From Parafilimonas sp. (lineage in GTDB: Bacteria; Bacteroidota; Bacteroidia; Chitinophagales; Chitinophagaceae), in NCBI GenBank assembly GCA_019247895.1, contig JAFBAF010000353.1, positions 1 to 58,580 on the forward strand: a DNA stretch of 58,580 nt. The letters run 5' to 3'. Made by a program: the position numbers and the translations under genes. Each line of letters begins with the position of its first letter. Position 1 is the first letter of the stretch. Below the pieces are notes generated by a model. That model had not been told where the DNA came from. It made no database searches and saw only the letters and a list, made by a program, of their open reading frames with translations. Of this stretch, positions 37,409 through 45,870 are shown piece after piece.

Positions 37409-38737
37409 CTAAAACATTTTAAACATTGGATGCTGAACACATATTGCCCATGTGCCATTGTCTTGTTTGCATTTTGTGTTTGATGCCTTAGTTATGGTTT
37501 GCTTTTGAGCTTCTTCAATTAATTTTTGCCACGAAACATTGTTAAGAGAAAAAACCGGGCTTATATAATTTACAAGTGTGGATCTGAAATTATATGTAAA
37601 GAAACCACCATAACCAAGATTGCCTGCTGACTTTTCGCCCTTTGCCGCCGCAGTCATTAATATGGCAACAGGAGTTGGTGGTAAAAATAGTTGGAAGCAG
37701 TTATTTAAATTCCAACCGAGCGATGAACTTCTTGTAAGTGCAACATCGCCGCTAATAGAAGGTTCTGCATCTACCGCACTGTTACAACAATCGCTAAATA
37801 CCAATGTAACATTTGGTTTTTTTTGCAGTATGCTGTTATAAATATCCTGGATGTTTAACGAATTTTGGTCAAGGTCTTGAAAACTTTTAGCTCTCAGTTC
37901 AATGTAAGGGTATTGTTTATTATCTGGTTTACTAAACCCATGGCCTGAATAATAAAAAACAACAATGTCTTTAGGCGCCACATTAAGTGAATTTACAGCA
38001 TCTTTTACGTTATTAATATTATAAGTATCGCCGTAAATAACTTTTGAATCGAGTTTTATTCCCATAAATTCAGAAAGATCAGAAAATGTTTTAAGCGTTC
38101 TGTCTTTATCAAGTGCACAAGTGCCGCCGATATCAGGATCGTTGGTATTGGCAACAACAATCACATGCAGTGTGGTTGCTTTTTCGGTATTGGTGAGTTG
38201 GCGGGTTGCGGTCTCAAAAAGATCTTTGTAAAAAGGTTCATCTTTAAGAAAAAACTGCAATACAAAATCTTCCGTAAGCTCATCCATTTGCACCAGGTTC
38301 ACTTCCGTAAATGCTCCTATGGAAATAGAATCATTATCATCTGTTGATTCCACTTCGAGCGGATCATAATAACCGGATGCAGGATCTTTTTTGAACACAT
38401 AAGTATCAGGATCATAACCTTCCGATGTATCGCCGGAAATAACAACCGGATCATAACCATCAAAATAAAGATAGTTGCTATCTACCTGGCCCGTTTTTTC
38501 ATCTTTATCATAGCTCTCTTCTTCATCCATATCAATTAAATAACTTTCATTAGTGGCCGGATCTTTAAAATTCACACGAATAAAACCGGTGCCGTCATCA
38601 TATCTTATCATTAAAGCATTGTAATATTCAGGTCCGTCATCGCCTTTAAAAGTATATTTAAGATTGTAAATAGTTTGTGCATGCAGGAAATTAAAACATA
38701 AAAAAGCAGGGGCGAGAAACAAAAGTTTTGGAGACAT
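37409..38737 (-). CDS. Secreted caspase-family (C14, orthocaspase-like) protease
   Basis: Signal peptide, an acidic N-terminal domain, catalytic His in FYYSGHG and Cys in FSDCC, and GGFFT...QHP. Confidence 0.85.
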   Translation of the reverse strand: MSPKLLFLAPAFLCFNFLHAQTIYNLKYTFKGDDGPEYYNALMIRYDDGTGFIRVNFKDPATNESYLIDMDEEESYDKDEKTGQVDSNYLYFDGYDPVVISGDTSEGYDPDTYVFKKDPASGYYDPLEVESTDDNDSISIGAFTEVNLVQMDELTEDFVLQFFLKDEPFYKDLFETATRQLTNTEKATTLHVIVVANTNDPDIGGTCALDKDRTLKTFSDLSEFMGIKLDSKVIYGDTYNINNVKDAVNSLNVAPKDIVVFYYSGHGFSKPDNKQYPYIELRAKSFQDLDQNSLNIQDIYNSILQKKPNVTLVFSDCCNSAVDAEPSISGDVALTRSSSLGWNLNNCFQLFLPPTPVAILMTAAAKGEKSAGNLGYGGFFTYNFRSTLVNYISPVFSLNNVSWQKLIEEAQKQTITKASNTKCKQDNGTWAICVQHPMFKMF

Positions 38738-38859
38738 TCTACATTGTTTTAAGAAGTGCTGTATAAATATAGATATATTTATTTGAGTTTTATTTAGAAA
38801 TTAGGCTGGGACTAACTTTTCTTTTTATAAATTTTAACTGCACTTAAAGAGTACTCATC

Positions 38860-40263
38860 ATGCGAATATTTTTATTACTTATTCCGCTTCTTATATTTAT
38901 TCAGAATGCGGAATCTCAAAAACAGAGGTTCGACAGCTTGAGCGGGAAATTAAAAGTTGAACAAGCTGATTCAAATAAAGTAAAACTTTTATGGCAAATG
39001 GCCGAGGCAGGTAATTTGTATAATCCTGATCTGTCGGTTACCCTTGCTCAAAATGCATTATATCTTGCACAAAAAATACAATATCCCAGTGGCGAATCTC
39101 ATTCGTTAAGTGCCCTTGCAACAGCGCTTACAAATATTGGTAATTATCCATCAGCTCTTACTTTTTATCTCAGAAAATTAGAACTTGAAGAAAAAAGAAA
39201 ACAACCCAGAGATTTTGCGAGCACACTTATAAACATTGGAATATTATATGCTTTGCAGGAACAATATAAAGATGCATTGGACTATTATAAACAAGCTGAT
39301 TCAATTATTCTTAAAAACCAAATTGAAGACCTTAAATATTTTATTCTTTTAAATTTAGGCGATGTGTATGAAAAGCTGAACCAGGCAGATTCATCTTTTA
39401 ATTATTATCAACAATCATTAGAAGTTGCAAATGCAATGAAGGACACTCTTTTTGCAGGTACATCAATGGTTGGCTTGGGCAATATTTATTTAAAAAAAAA
39501 TGACACAAATGCCTGCCTTAAAAATTATTTGCAGTCTTTGGTTTACCTAAATGCATCGAACGATTTCGACAATATGTGCGAAGCTAATTTAGGCCTTGCC
39601 AGGTTATATGAGAAAAGAGCGATCGATGATTCAACGAGATATTATGCTGAGCAATCTTTTGCATTGGCAAAGCAAAGCGGGTTTGAAACACGACAATTAA
39701 ATGCAGCCACATTTTTGACTGATTACTTTAAAGCAAGAAACGTTACAGACAGTGCGTTTAAATATCTTGAAACAATGCAGGCATTAAACAATGCTATTTA
39801 CAGTAAAGAAAAAATAAGAGAAGCGCAAATAATATCAACTAATGAGCGAATACGGCAAAGCGAAATAGCGGAAAACAAGAGAAAAGCAGAAGAAGAAAGA
39901 CATGAGCAGTTGCAAATGCTGATAGTAGGAATTGTAATTGTGCTTTTGTTTTTATTAACCTTACTGCTTAATCGTGTTCGGGTGCATTATCGAATAATCA
40001 AGTTCTTTGGGATTTTATCGTTGCTAATGTTTTTTGAATACATCCTGCTGCTGCTGCATCCGTGGGTGGAGATAATTACCAATCATATACCACTTCTTGA
40101 AATCTTGATATTTGTTGTTATTGCATCTATAATTATTCCAACACATCACAGGCTTGAGCATTGGTTGCTTGAAAGATTAACCAATGCAAAATTGATTACC
40201 AAACAGCAATTGGCCGCAATCGAAGAGTTTACAGGCGAAGATGAACTTGGTAACGATGTGTGA
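38860..40263 (+). CDS. Periplasmic TPR-repeat protein with three C-terminal TM helices and no output domain
   Basis: Signal peptide, repeated NIG/NLG..Y....AL.YY TPR units, a coiled coil, three hydrophobic segments and a short tail. Confidence 0.85.
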   Translation: MRIFLLLIPLLIFIQNAESQKQRFDSLSGKLKVEQADSNKVKLLWQMAEAGNLYNPDLSVTLAQNALYLAQKIQYPSGESHSLSALATALTNIGNYPSALTFYLRKLELEEKRKQPRDFASTLINIGILYALQEQYKDALDYYKQADSIILKNQIEDLKYFILLNLGDVYEKLNQADSSFNYYQQSLEVANAMKDTLFAGTSMVGLGNIYLKKNDTNACLKNYLQSLVYLNASNDFDNMCEANLGLARLYEKRAIDDSTRYYAEQSFALAKQSGFETRQLNAATFLTDYFKARNVTDSAFKYLETMQALNNAIYSKEKIREAQIISTNERIRQSEIAENKRKAEEERHEQLQMLIVGIVIVLLFLLTLLLNRVRVHYRIIKFFGILSLLMFFEYILLLLHPWVEIITNHIPLLEILIFVVIASIIIPTHHRLEHWLLERLTNAKLITKQQLAAIEEFTGEDELGNDV

Positions 40264-40473
40264 TTAATTAGGATGCCTGATCGGCCGTGTGGAAGCAGTA
40301 TCCATTTTACTTGTGTCCATCATTTGCATTGAAGAATCAGCAGGCGCCGCCTGCACAGTAGTGGTGTCTGTACCGGTGCTTGAAGTACTGCTATTGTTAC
40401 AGGCACTTAGTATGGAAAAAAATAATACAGCAGAAAAAACCATCCAAACGCAGAAAAGCTTTTTAATAAACAT
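40264..40473 (-). CDS. 69-aa lipoprotein with S/T-rich stalk
   Basis: Lipobox LSAC, an S/T-rich stalk and tail ...MDTSKMDTASTRPIRHPN. Its stop abuts the TPR gene stop. Confidence 0.75.
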   Translation of the reverse strand: MFIKKLFCVWMVFSAVLFFSILSACNNSSTSSTGTDTTTVQAAPADSSMQMMDTSKMDTASTRPIRHPN

Positions 40474-40573
40474 AAGCGTAGTTTTAGATTGTAATTATAC
40501 TGAATAATCAGAATAAATTAAAAATTATTTAATTTCTCCTAAACCAGATTTAAAAATTTATCAGTTTAATTCT

Positions 40574-40978
40574 TCACCATCCAAAGTCAACATTTAATTC
40601 TATATCAGGATGAATGCTCTTTGCAACAGGACAGGTTAATGCGGCTCTTTCCAAAACTATTTTTTGCTTTTCGTCCAATTCAAGTGAAGAAGGAAAATTA
40701 AAATGTATATTAATACCCCCAACTCTTCTTGGTTCAGATTTCATGATCTTTTTAATACTTACTCCGGTCCCGTCAAGCGCAACATTCATGTCTCTCGCTT
40801 TAATACCCATTATAGTAAGCATACAACTGCCTAAACTTGTTGCCAGCAGATCTGTTGGTGAAAAACGTTCGCCCTTACCCTGGTTATCTGTTGGTGCATC
40901 TGTTTCAATTATAGTATTACTTTGCAGGTGTTTCGCCTCTGTTCTTAACGTGCCTTTATAAATTATTTCAGATGTCAT
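40574..40978 (-). CDS. OsmC family protein
   Basis: TDAP.DN.G.G..FSPTDL...GSC and CPVAKS. Confidence 0.9.
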   Translation of the reverse strand: MTSEIIYKGTLRTEAKHLQSNTIIETDAPTDNQGKGERFSPTDLLATSLGSCMLTIMGIKARDMNVALDGTGVSIKKIMKSEPRRVGGINIHFNFPSSLELDEKQKIVLERAALTCPVAKSIHPDIELNVDFGW

Positions 40979-41019
40979 TACACAATTTTTGTTATAAATT
41001 TACGATTATCAAATTACAC

Positions 41020-41841
41020 ATGTATAGGAAGATTTGTTTGGTTTTACTCTGCATTATAACAGTTAATAAAATATTTGCGCAGCAACAATCTAAGCCATTA
41101 AGCGAAAAAGATCAGAAAAAACAAGAACGCAAGCAACACATTAATGATTTAATTAAACGGGAAGAAGAAGGTGCCTTGATCTATAACAGGCAGTCTGTGT
41201 TTGGATTTAAATTAAATACAGACGGATGGTCAGCTTTGTACGAACACGGAAAATACAAAACCATTAATACAACCAATACATGGTTTATAGAATTTGGCGA
41301 ACGCAAAAGCCATAAAGAAGAAAAAGTACAGTCTGATTATTATTCGGGTTTTTCAGTGGGCAATCCATTTATTTATGGTAAGCAAAATAATTTCTACAAT
41401 TTAAATTTTGGTATTGGTCAGCAAAAATTACTTGGCGGCAAAGGCGATAAAAATGGTGTAGCGGTATCGGCCATTTATGGCGGAGGTTTTTCAGCCGGAC
41501 TTTTAAAACCATATTACGTAACCATTGTCGATCCAAACACCAGCGAAACACGTGATGTAAAATACCAGGGATCTGGTGATACACTTTTTTTGAATATTTA
41601 TTATTTGGTTTCCGGGGCCGGTCTCACAAAGGGAATTAGTGAAACTAAACTTGTTCCGGGTGTAGTTGCGCATGCGGGTTTACGTTTTGATTACGGCAGG
41701 TACAACGAATTGCTTTCAGCACTTGAAATAGGCGTGAGTGGCGAATTCTACACCCAAAACATGCCAATAATGGTACATGCGCCAGAAAAGAAATTCTTTT
41801 ATAATGCCTACATCGCCATTGAATTTGGTTCCCGAAAGTAA
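41020..41841 (+). CDS. Hypothetical outer-membrane beta-barrel protein
   Basis: Start reassigned to MYRKICL (41020). Signal peptide, alternating beta-strands and IEFGSRK end. Confidence 0.75.
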   Translation: MYRKICLVLLCIITVNKIFAQQQSKPLSEKDQKKQERKQHINDLIKREEEGALIYNRQSVFGFKLNTDGWSALYEHGKYKTINTTNTWFIEFGERKSHKEEKVQSDYYSGFSVGNPFIYGKQNNFYNLNFGIGQQKLLGGKGDKNGVAVSAIYGGGFSAGLLKPYYVTIVDPNTSETRDVKYQGSGDTLFLNIYYLVSGAGLTKGISETKLVPGVVAHAGLRFDYGRYNELLSALEIGVSGEFYTQNMPIMVHAPEKKFFYNAYIAIEFGSRK

Positions 41842-41843
41842 AT

Positions 41844-41851
41844 TACTTTTG
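41844..41851 (+). promoter_or_regulatory. Primary-sigma -7 element upstream of the lipA leader
   Basis: TACTTTTG immediately after the upstream stop codon. Confidence 0.65.
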
Positions 41852-41863
41852 TAAGTGTTTTTT

Positions 41864-41931
41864 GATGAACAGCATTTTGATCTTTATTCATCATTGTTGT
41901 GTCACTCACTTGTGCTGCATATTTTAATTGA
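41864..41931 (+). repeat. Dispersed intergenic element, copy 3 (core 41896-41913)
   Basis: CATTGTTGTGTCACTCACTTGTGCTGCATATTTT, 33/34 identical to copy 2. Confidence 0.85.
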
Positions 41932-41938
41932 TCTGTAG

Positions 41939-42020
41939 TTTTCAGTCCTTAATTGTTTCAAAGTTCACCAATTAAAAAACTACGAAACGCTGAAACCTTT
42001 GAAACTATGAAACTTTAAAG
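41939..42020. repeat. Inverted arrays of degenerate ~8-mers (CnnTGAAA)
   Basis: TTTCAGTC..TTTCAAAG on the left; CTACGAAA CGCTGAAA CCTTTGAAA CTATGAAA on the right. Confidence 0.6.
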
Positions 42021-42021
42021 A

Positions 42022-42942
42022 ATGGAAGAAACAAATTGCATTAGCCACGATATAAAGCCTAAGATTCAAAAACCAAACTGGTTGCGTGTAAAATTACCAA
42101 TTGGTGAAAGTTATAAGCATGTACGCAATCTTGTTGATACACATAAACTGCATACAATATGCGAAAGCGGTAATTGCCCAAACATGGGTGAGTGCTGGGG
42201 CGCAGGCACTGCTACTTTTATGATACTTGGAAATATTTGTACACGCAGTTGTGGTTTTTGTGCCGTTGCAACAGGCAGGCCTGAACCTGTTGATTGGAAT
42301 GAGCCCCAACGTGTGGCAGAAGCAATTTATTTAATGAAAGTAAAACACGCTGTTATTACCAGTGTAGATCGCGATGAATTGAAAGATGGCGGTGCGGAAA
42401 TTTGGTACAATACAATTAAAGCAGTTAAAGCATTAAACCCTGGTACAACTTTAGAAACACTAATTCCCGATTTTAAAGGTCAACACGAAAATATACGGAG
42501 AGTTGTTGAAGCCGCACCTGAAGTGATAAGCCACAACATGGAAACAGTTGAAAGACTAACTAAACAAGTTCGTATCCAGGCAAAATATCGTCGTAGTTTG
42601 GAAGTATTGCGTTACTTAAAAGAATGTGGCGTTCGTACAAAAACAGGCATAATGCTGGGCCTTGGCGAAACAAAGGAAGAAATAATCGAAACCATGAATG
42701 ATCTTGCCGCAGTAAACCTTGACGTATTAACTCTCGGGCAATATCTTCAGCCCACAACTAAGCATTTAAGTGTTCAACGTTTTGTACATCCTGATGAATT
42801 TGCAGAATTCCGGGAAATCGGATATTCATTAGGATTTGATTATGTTGAAAGCGGCCCGTTAGTGCGCTCTTCTTATCACAGTGAAAAACATGTATTTGCG
42901 GGATACGGAAGACAGCAGTGGTTGAATGCGAAAAGCAATTGA
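42022..42942 (+). CDS. lipA: Lipoyl synthase
   Basis: [12 protein letters not shown] (CX4CX5C), radical-SAM CTRSCGFC and RSSY. Confidence 0.97.
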   Translation: MEETNCISHDIKPKIQKPNWLRVKLPIGESYKHVRNLVDTHKLHTICESGNCPNMGECWGAGTATFMILGNICTRSCGFCAVATGRPEPVDWNEPQRVAEAIYLMKVKHAVITSVDRDELKDGGAEIWYNTIKAVKALNPGTTLETLIPDFKGQHENIRRVVEAAPEVISHNMETVERLTKQVRIQAKYRRSLEVLRYLKECGVRTKTGIMLGLGETKEEIIETMNDLAAVNLDVLTLGQYLQPTTKHLSVQRFVHPDEFAEFREIGYSLGFDYVESGPLVRSSYHSEKHVFAGYGRQQWLNAKSN

Positions 42943-42996
42943 TGTTTTATTAACGCTTAAATTCTTTTTCAAATTGTTACATATAAAATATATTGT

Positions 42997-43521
42997 ATGA
43001 AAAAACTTCTGCTGGTTTTTTTTTTAATTTTTTTAGCTTTTGTAACCAAAGCTCAAACATCAAATTTATCTACTGAAGGTTTTCATTTTGCGGCAGGTGC
43101 TAACATAGGTTTTACCCCACCTTATACTTATGATCATGATAAGTTGGGATTAGGATTAGAAGTACAACCTGAATATAGATTTTCGAAAAATTTTTCATTA
43201 TATGCTGCTACAGGGTACATAAATTTTTTTTACAAAGACTATATTGAAGATTCACATTATCAAATTAGAAATGCCGGCGTTATTTCCATTACTGCAGGAC
43301 CAAAATTTTACGCAACATCAAATTTTTATATCGGTGCAACAGCAGGTATTGGTTTTATAACTAAAAATGGATCTATAAATGATGCGGCTAAAAAAAGCGG
43401 TTTTGATTTTCAGCCGCAGGTTGGTTACACAAAAAACAAAATACAATGCAATTTTGCTGTGAATGTTCTGGCAAATGATAATGTAAATTTTATTGCAGGC
43501 ATTTTATATAATTTGAAATAA
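42997..43521 (+). CDS. Small outer-membrane beta-barrel protein
   Basis: Signal peptide, about 8 amphipathic strands and a GILYNL end. Confidence 0.75.
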   Translation: MKKLLLVFFLIFLAFVTKAQTSNLSTEGFHFAAGANIGFTPPYTYDHDKLGLGLEVQPEYRFSKNFSLYAATGYINFFYKDYIEDSHYQIRNAGVISITAGPKFYATSNFYIGATAGIGFITKNGSINDAAKKSGFDFQPQVGYTKNKIQCNFAVNVLANDNVNFIAGILYNLK

Positions 43522-43540
43522 GCACTCCGTAAAAAGGCAT

Positions 43541-43575
43541 AAAAAAGGCTGACAAATTCTGCCAGCCTTTTCTTT
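43541..43575. terminator. Bidirectional intrinsic terminator
   Basis: AAAAAAGGCTGACA-AATTC-TGCCAGCCTTTTCTTT between convergent genes. Confidence 0.8.
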
Positions 43576-43588
43576 ATTGGAGATTAGT

Positions 43589-44218
43589 TTAATCGTTTGA
43601 AGATTTCTTCGTTCCACCAATCATAAAGCCAACGCGAATACCAAAACCACTGTTGTGCCATTTTGCATTGCTGCCAGCATTGTCAGGTGCAATATTACTT
43701 ATGCCAGGATTATAATTTGCGGTAACAAAAAATCCATTATCAAATTTGTAACCTGCTAAAATGTTAGCACTGATTTCGAATGGCTTAAAATCAGCATTAT
43801 CACCACTGCCGAATTTTATATCATTGCTTTCAGACAATCCACTGCCGGAAATTTTTTCTTTGCCACCTACTCCAAAGGCTAAATCGGGTCCTAAGCCAAT
43901 AAAAAATCCATTGGCGTTATACACAAAATTTAATGGGAGGTCTATATAGCTTAATGTAAGCTTATCATCAACACCACTTTCACTATATTTTCCGCCTTTT
44001 TGTGTAAAGTTTAGTGACGGCATAAAGCTGATATTACCGCTTAAAGGAGCTGAATAAACGATACCTGCAGTAAAGCCCGGTTTTGTTTTATAGGTATAAG
44101 ACACGCCATCTGATTTGGCTTTGCCTGAATATAAGCCAACACCAGCCTGGATTCCGAATTGTGCATTTGCTGTAGCAACACCCAAAATAAGGGTACAAAA
44201 GAATAGAATTTTTTTCAT
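43589..44218 (-). CDS. Porin-family (OMP_b-brl_2/PorT-like) outer-membrane protein
   Basis: Start reassigned to MKKILFF (44218). Signal peptide ending ANAQ, FTQKGG, LSYIDLPL and GLGP. Confidence 0.85.
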   Translation of the reverse strand: MKKILFFCTLILGVATANAQFGIQAGVGLYSGKAKSDGVSYTYKTKPGFTAGIVYSAPLSGNISFMPSLNFTQKGGKYSESGVDDKLTLSYIDLPLNFVYNANGFFIGLGPDLAFGVGGKEKISGSGLSESNDIKFGSGDNADFKPFEISANILAGYKFDNGFFVTANYNPGISNIAPDNAGSNAKWHNSGFGIRVGFMIGGTKKSSND

Positions 44219-44328
44219 TGTTTTTTTGTTTAAGTTTAAAATCGGGCCGCAAGATAATGTAGAAAAATTAAATGTGCTAACATTTGCAAGTAAGAATAAA
44301 TCGCTTGGGTGCTTACAATTTTTTCTTT

Positions 44329-44336
44329 TATTTTTG
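44329..44336 (+). promoter_or_regulatory. Primary-sigma -7 element for tRNA-Leu/tig
   Basis: TATTTTTG, 12 nt before the tRNA 5' end. Confidence 0.75.
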
Positions 44337-44348
44337 CGCCCCGTTTTA

Positions 44349-44430
44349 GCGGATGTGGCGAAACTGGCAGACGCACCAGATTTAGGATCTGGCGCCGCAA
44401 GGCATGTAGGTTCGATTCCTATCATCCGCA
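44349..44430 (+). tRNA. tRNA-Leu (anticodon TAG), CCA not encoded
   Basis: Acceptor stem GCGGATG/CATCCGC-A, anticodon arm CCAGA-TTTAGGA-TCTGG, long variable arm and T-loop GGTTCGATTCC. Confidence 0.96.
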
Positions 44431-44434
44431 CAAC

Positions 44435-44492
44435 ACCCCTTTCCCCTGAAGGGGTTTTTCTCAAAATTAATTCTCCCCTTTAGGGCCGGGGC
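44435..44492 (+). repeat. Terminator-like hairpin plus REP-like GC-rich palindrome between tRNA and tig
   Basis: ACCCCTT-TCCCCTG-AAGGGGT-TTTT, then CTCCCCTTTAGGGCCGGGGC. Confidence 0.5.
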
Positions 44493-44502
44493 TTAAGTAC
44501 AC

Positions 44503-45870
44503 ATGGCAACAGTAACACGTGAAAACATCGGTAATCTTAATGATAAGCTTACAGTAAGTCTTGGTAAAGAAGATTATATGCCTTCTTTTGAAAAGAGCTT
44601 AAAAAAGTATGCGAAAAATGCAAACATTCCCGGGTTTAGAAAAGGAATGGTGCCTGCAAGCCTTGTAAAAAAAATGTACGGGCAATCGGTATTTACTGAA
44701 GAAGTTTTGCGCACGGTTGAAAAAGAATTGAACCAGTATGTTACAAAAGAAAACCTTGACATTTTTGCACAGCCATTGCCTTTTGAAAACGATTCGCGGC
44801 AACTGGATATGAATGCACCGGAAGATTATGCTTTTGCCTTTGAAGTTGGCTTGAAACCGGAATTAAGTATCGATCTCAATAGTCTTTCAGGAACACTTTA
44901 TAAAATACAGGTTGAAAATGATGTTGTAGAAGATGAAATAAACCGGGTGCGTACACGGTTTGGAAAAATGACAGAACCTGAAAATGTCAGCAATGAAGAA
45001 GATGTTTTAAATGTAAGGTTTACTGAAACTGACATGGCCGGAAATGCAATAGAAAATGGAATTACAAAAGATAATTCACTTCTTCTTAAGTATTTTAATG
45101 CGCAAACACAAGAACAATTAAAGGGAAAAAAGAAAGACGATACATTATTGATCCAGATAAATAAAGCATTTGAAGAAAAAGAAAGGGAATGGATATTAGA
45201 AGATTTAGGATTGGATAAATCCGTTGTTGAAAATGCAGAAAAATTTTTCAACTTAACAATTACAAAAATTGGATTTGTTGAGAAAGCAGAATTAAATGAG
45301 GAGTTTTTTAAATCAGTTTACCCGGGGGGAGATATTACAACCGAAGAAGCGTTTCGCAATAAGGTAAGAGAAGAAATACAAACCTATTACGATAAACAAA
45401 GCAGCAACCAGTTGCAAGACCAATTATATCATTATTTGATTGATAATACCAAGATGGATTTTCCTGAAAATTTTCTAAAACGCTGGCTTGAACAAGGTTC
45501 AGAAAAACCTAAAACTCCTGAAGAAGCAGAAAAAGAATTGCCTTCTTTTTTAAATCAATTAAAGTGGACGTTGATAAGCAGCAAACTCATCAACGATAAT
45601 CAAATTACGGTTGAAACGGACGAGATCAAAAATTTTGCACGCAATCAGATTGCCGGCTACATGCAACAACAAAATGTTGGCGATGATATGCCCTGGCTTG
45701 ACGAATATGCAAACCGCATGTTGCAGGATAAAAAATTTGTTGAAGAAACATACATGCGTCTTCAAACTGAAAAGCTTTTTAATTTGTTAGAAAGCAGGGC
45801 TGCCAAAAAAGAAGAATCCATTTCTTTAAAAGAGTTTGAAGGGAAAGTGCATCATCATCACCATCACTAA
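44503..45870 (+). CDS. tig: Trigger factor with C-terminal His6
   Basis: Ribosome-binding motif IPGFRKGMVP; ends VHHHHHH*. Confidence 0.95.
   Translation: MATVTRENIGNLNDKLTVSLGKEDYMPSFEKSLKKYAKNANIPGFRKGMVPASLVKKMYGQSVFTEEVLRTVEKELNQYVTKENLDIFAQPLPFENDSRQLDMNAPEDYAFAFEVGLKPELSIDLNSLSGTLYKIQVENDVVEDEINRVRTRFGKMTEPENVSNEEDVLNVRFTETDMAGNAIENGITKDNSLLLKYFNAQTQEQLKGKKKDDTLLIQINKAFEEKEREWILEDLGLDKSVVENAEKFFNLTITKIGFVEKAELNEEFFKSVYPGGDITTEEAFRNKVREEIQTYYDKQSSNQLQDQLYHYLIDNTKMDFPENFLKRWLEQGSEKPKTPEEAEKELPSFLNQLKWTLISSKLINDNQITVETDEIKNFARNQIAGYMQQQNVGDDMPWLDEYANRMLQDKKFVEETYMRLQTEKLFNLLESRAAKKEESISLKEFEGKVHHHHHH

Noticed and set aside
660-41931. The three-copy repeat as a CRISPR array or IS ends
   Set aside because: Copies are 11-30 kb apart with no spacers, no cas or transposase genes, and no terminal inverted repeats or target duplications visible.
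44219-44464. N-terminal 82 aa of the 291-aa ORF 43589..44464, and ORF 44115..44483
   Set aside because: These overlap the tRNA-Leu and its promoter. The real porin starts at the signal peptide MKKILFF (44218).
44349-44502. tRNA-Leu as an island integration site
   Set aside because: No integrase and no duplicated tRNA 3' end were seen; the tRNA is followed directly by tig.
8393-44505. TACAC immediately before four ATG starts (8398, 33231, 41020, 44503)
   Set aside because: Too short to separate from chance or general start-context bias without genome-wide counts.
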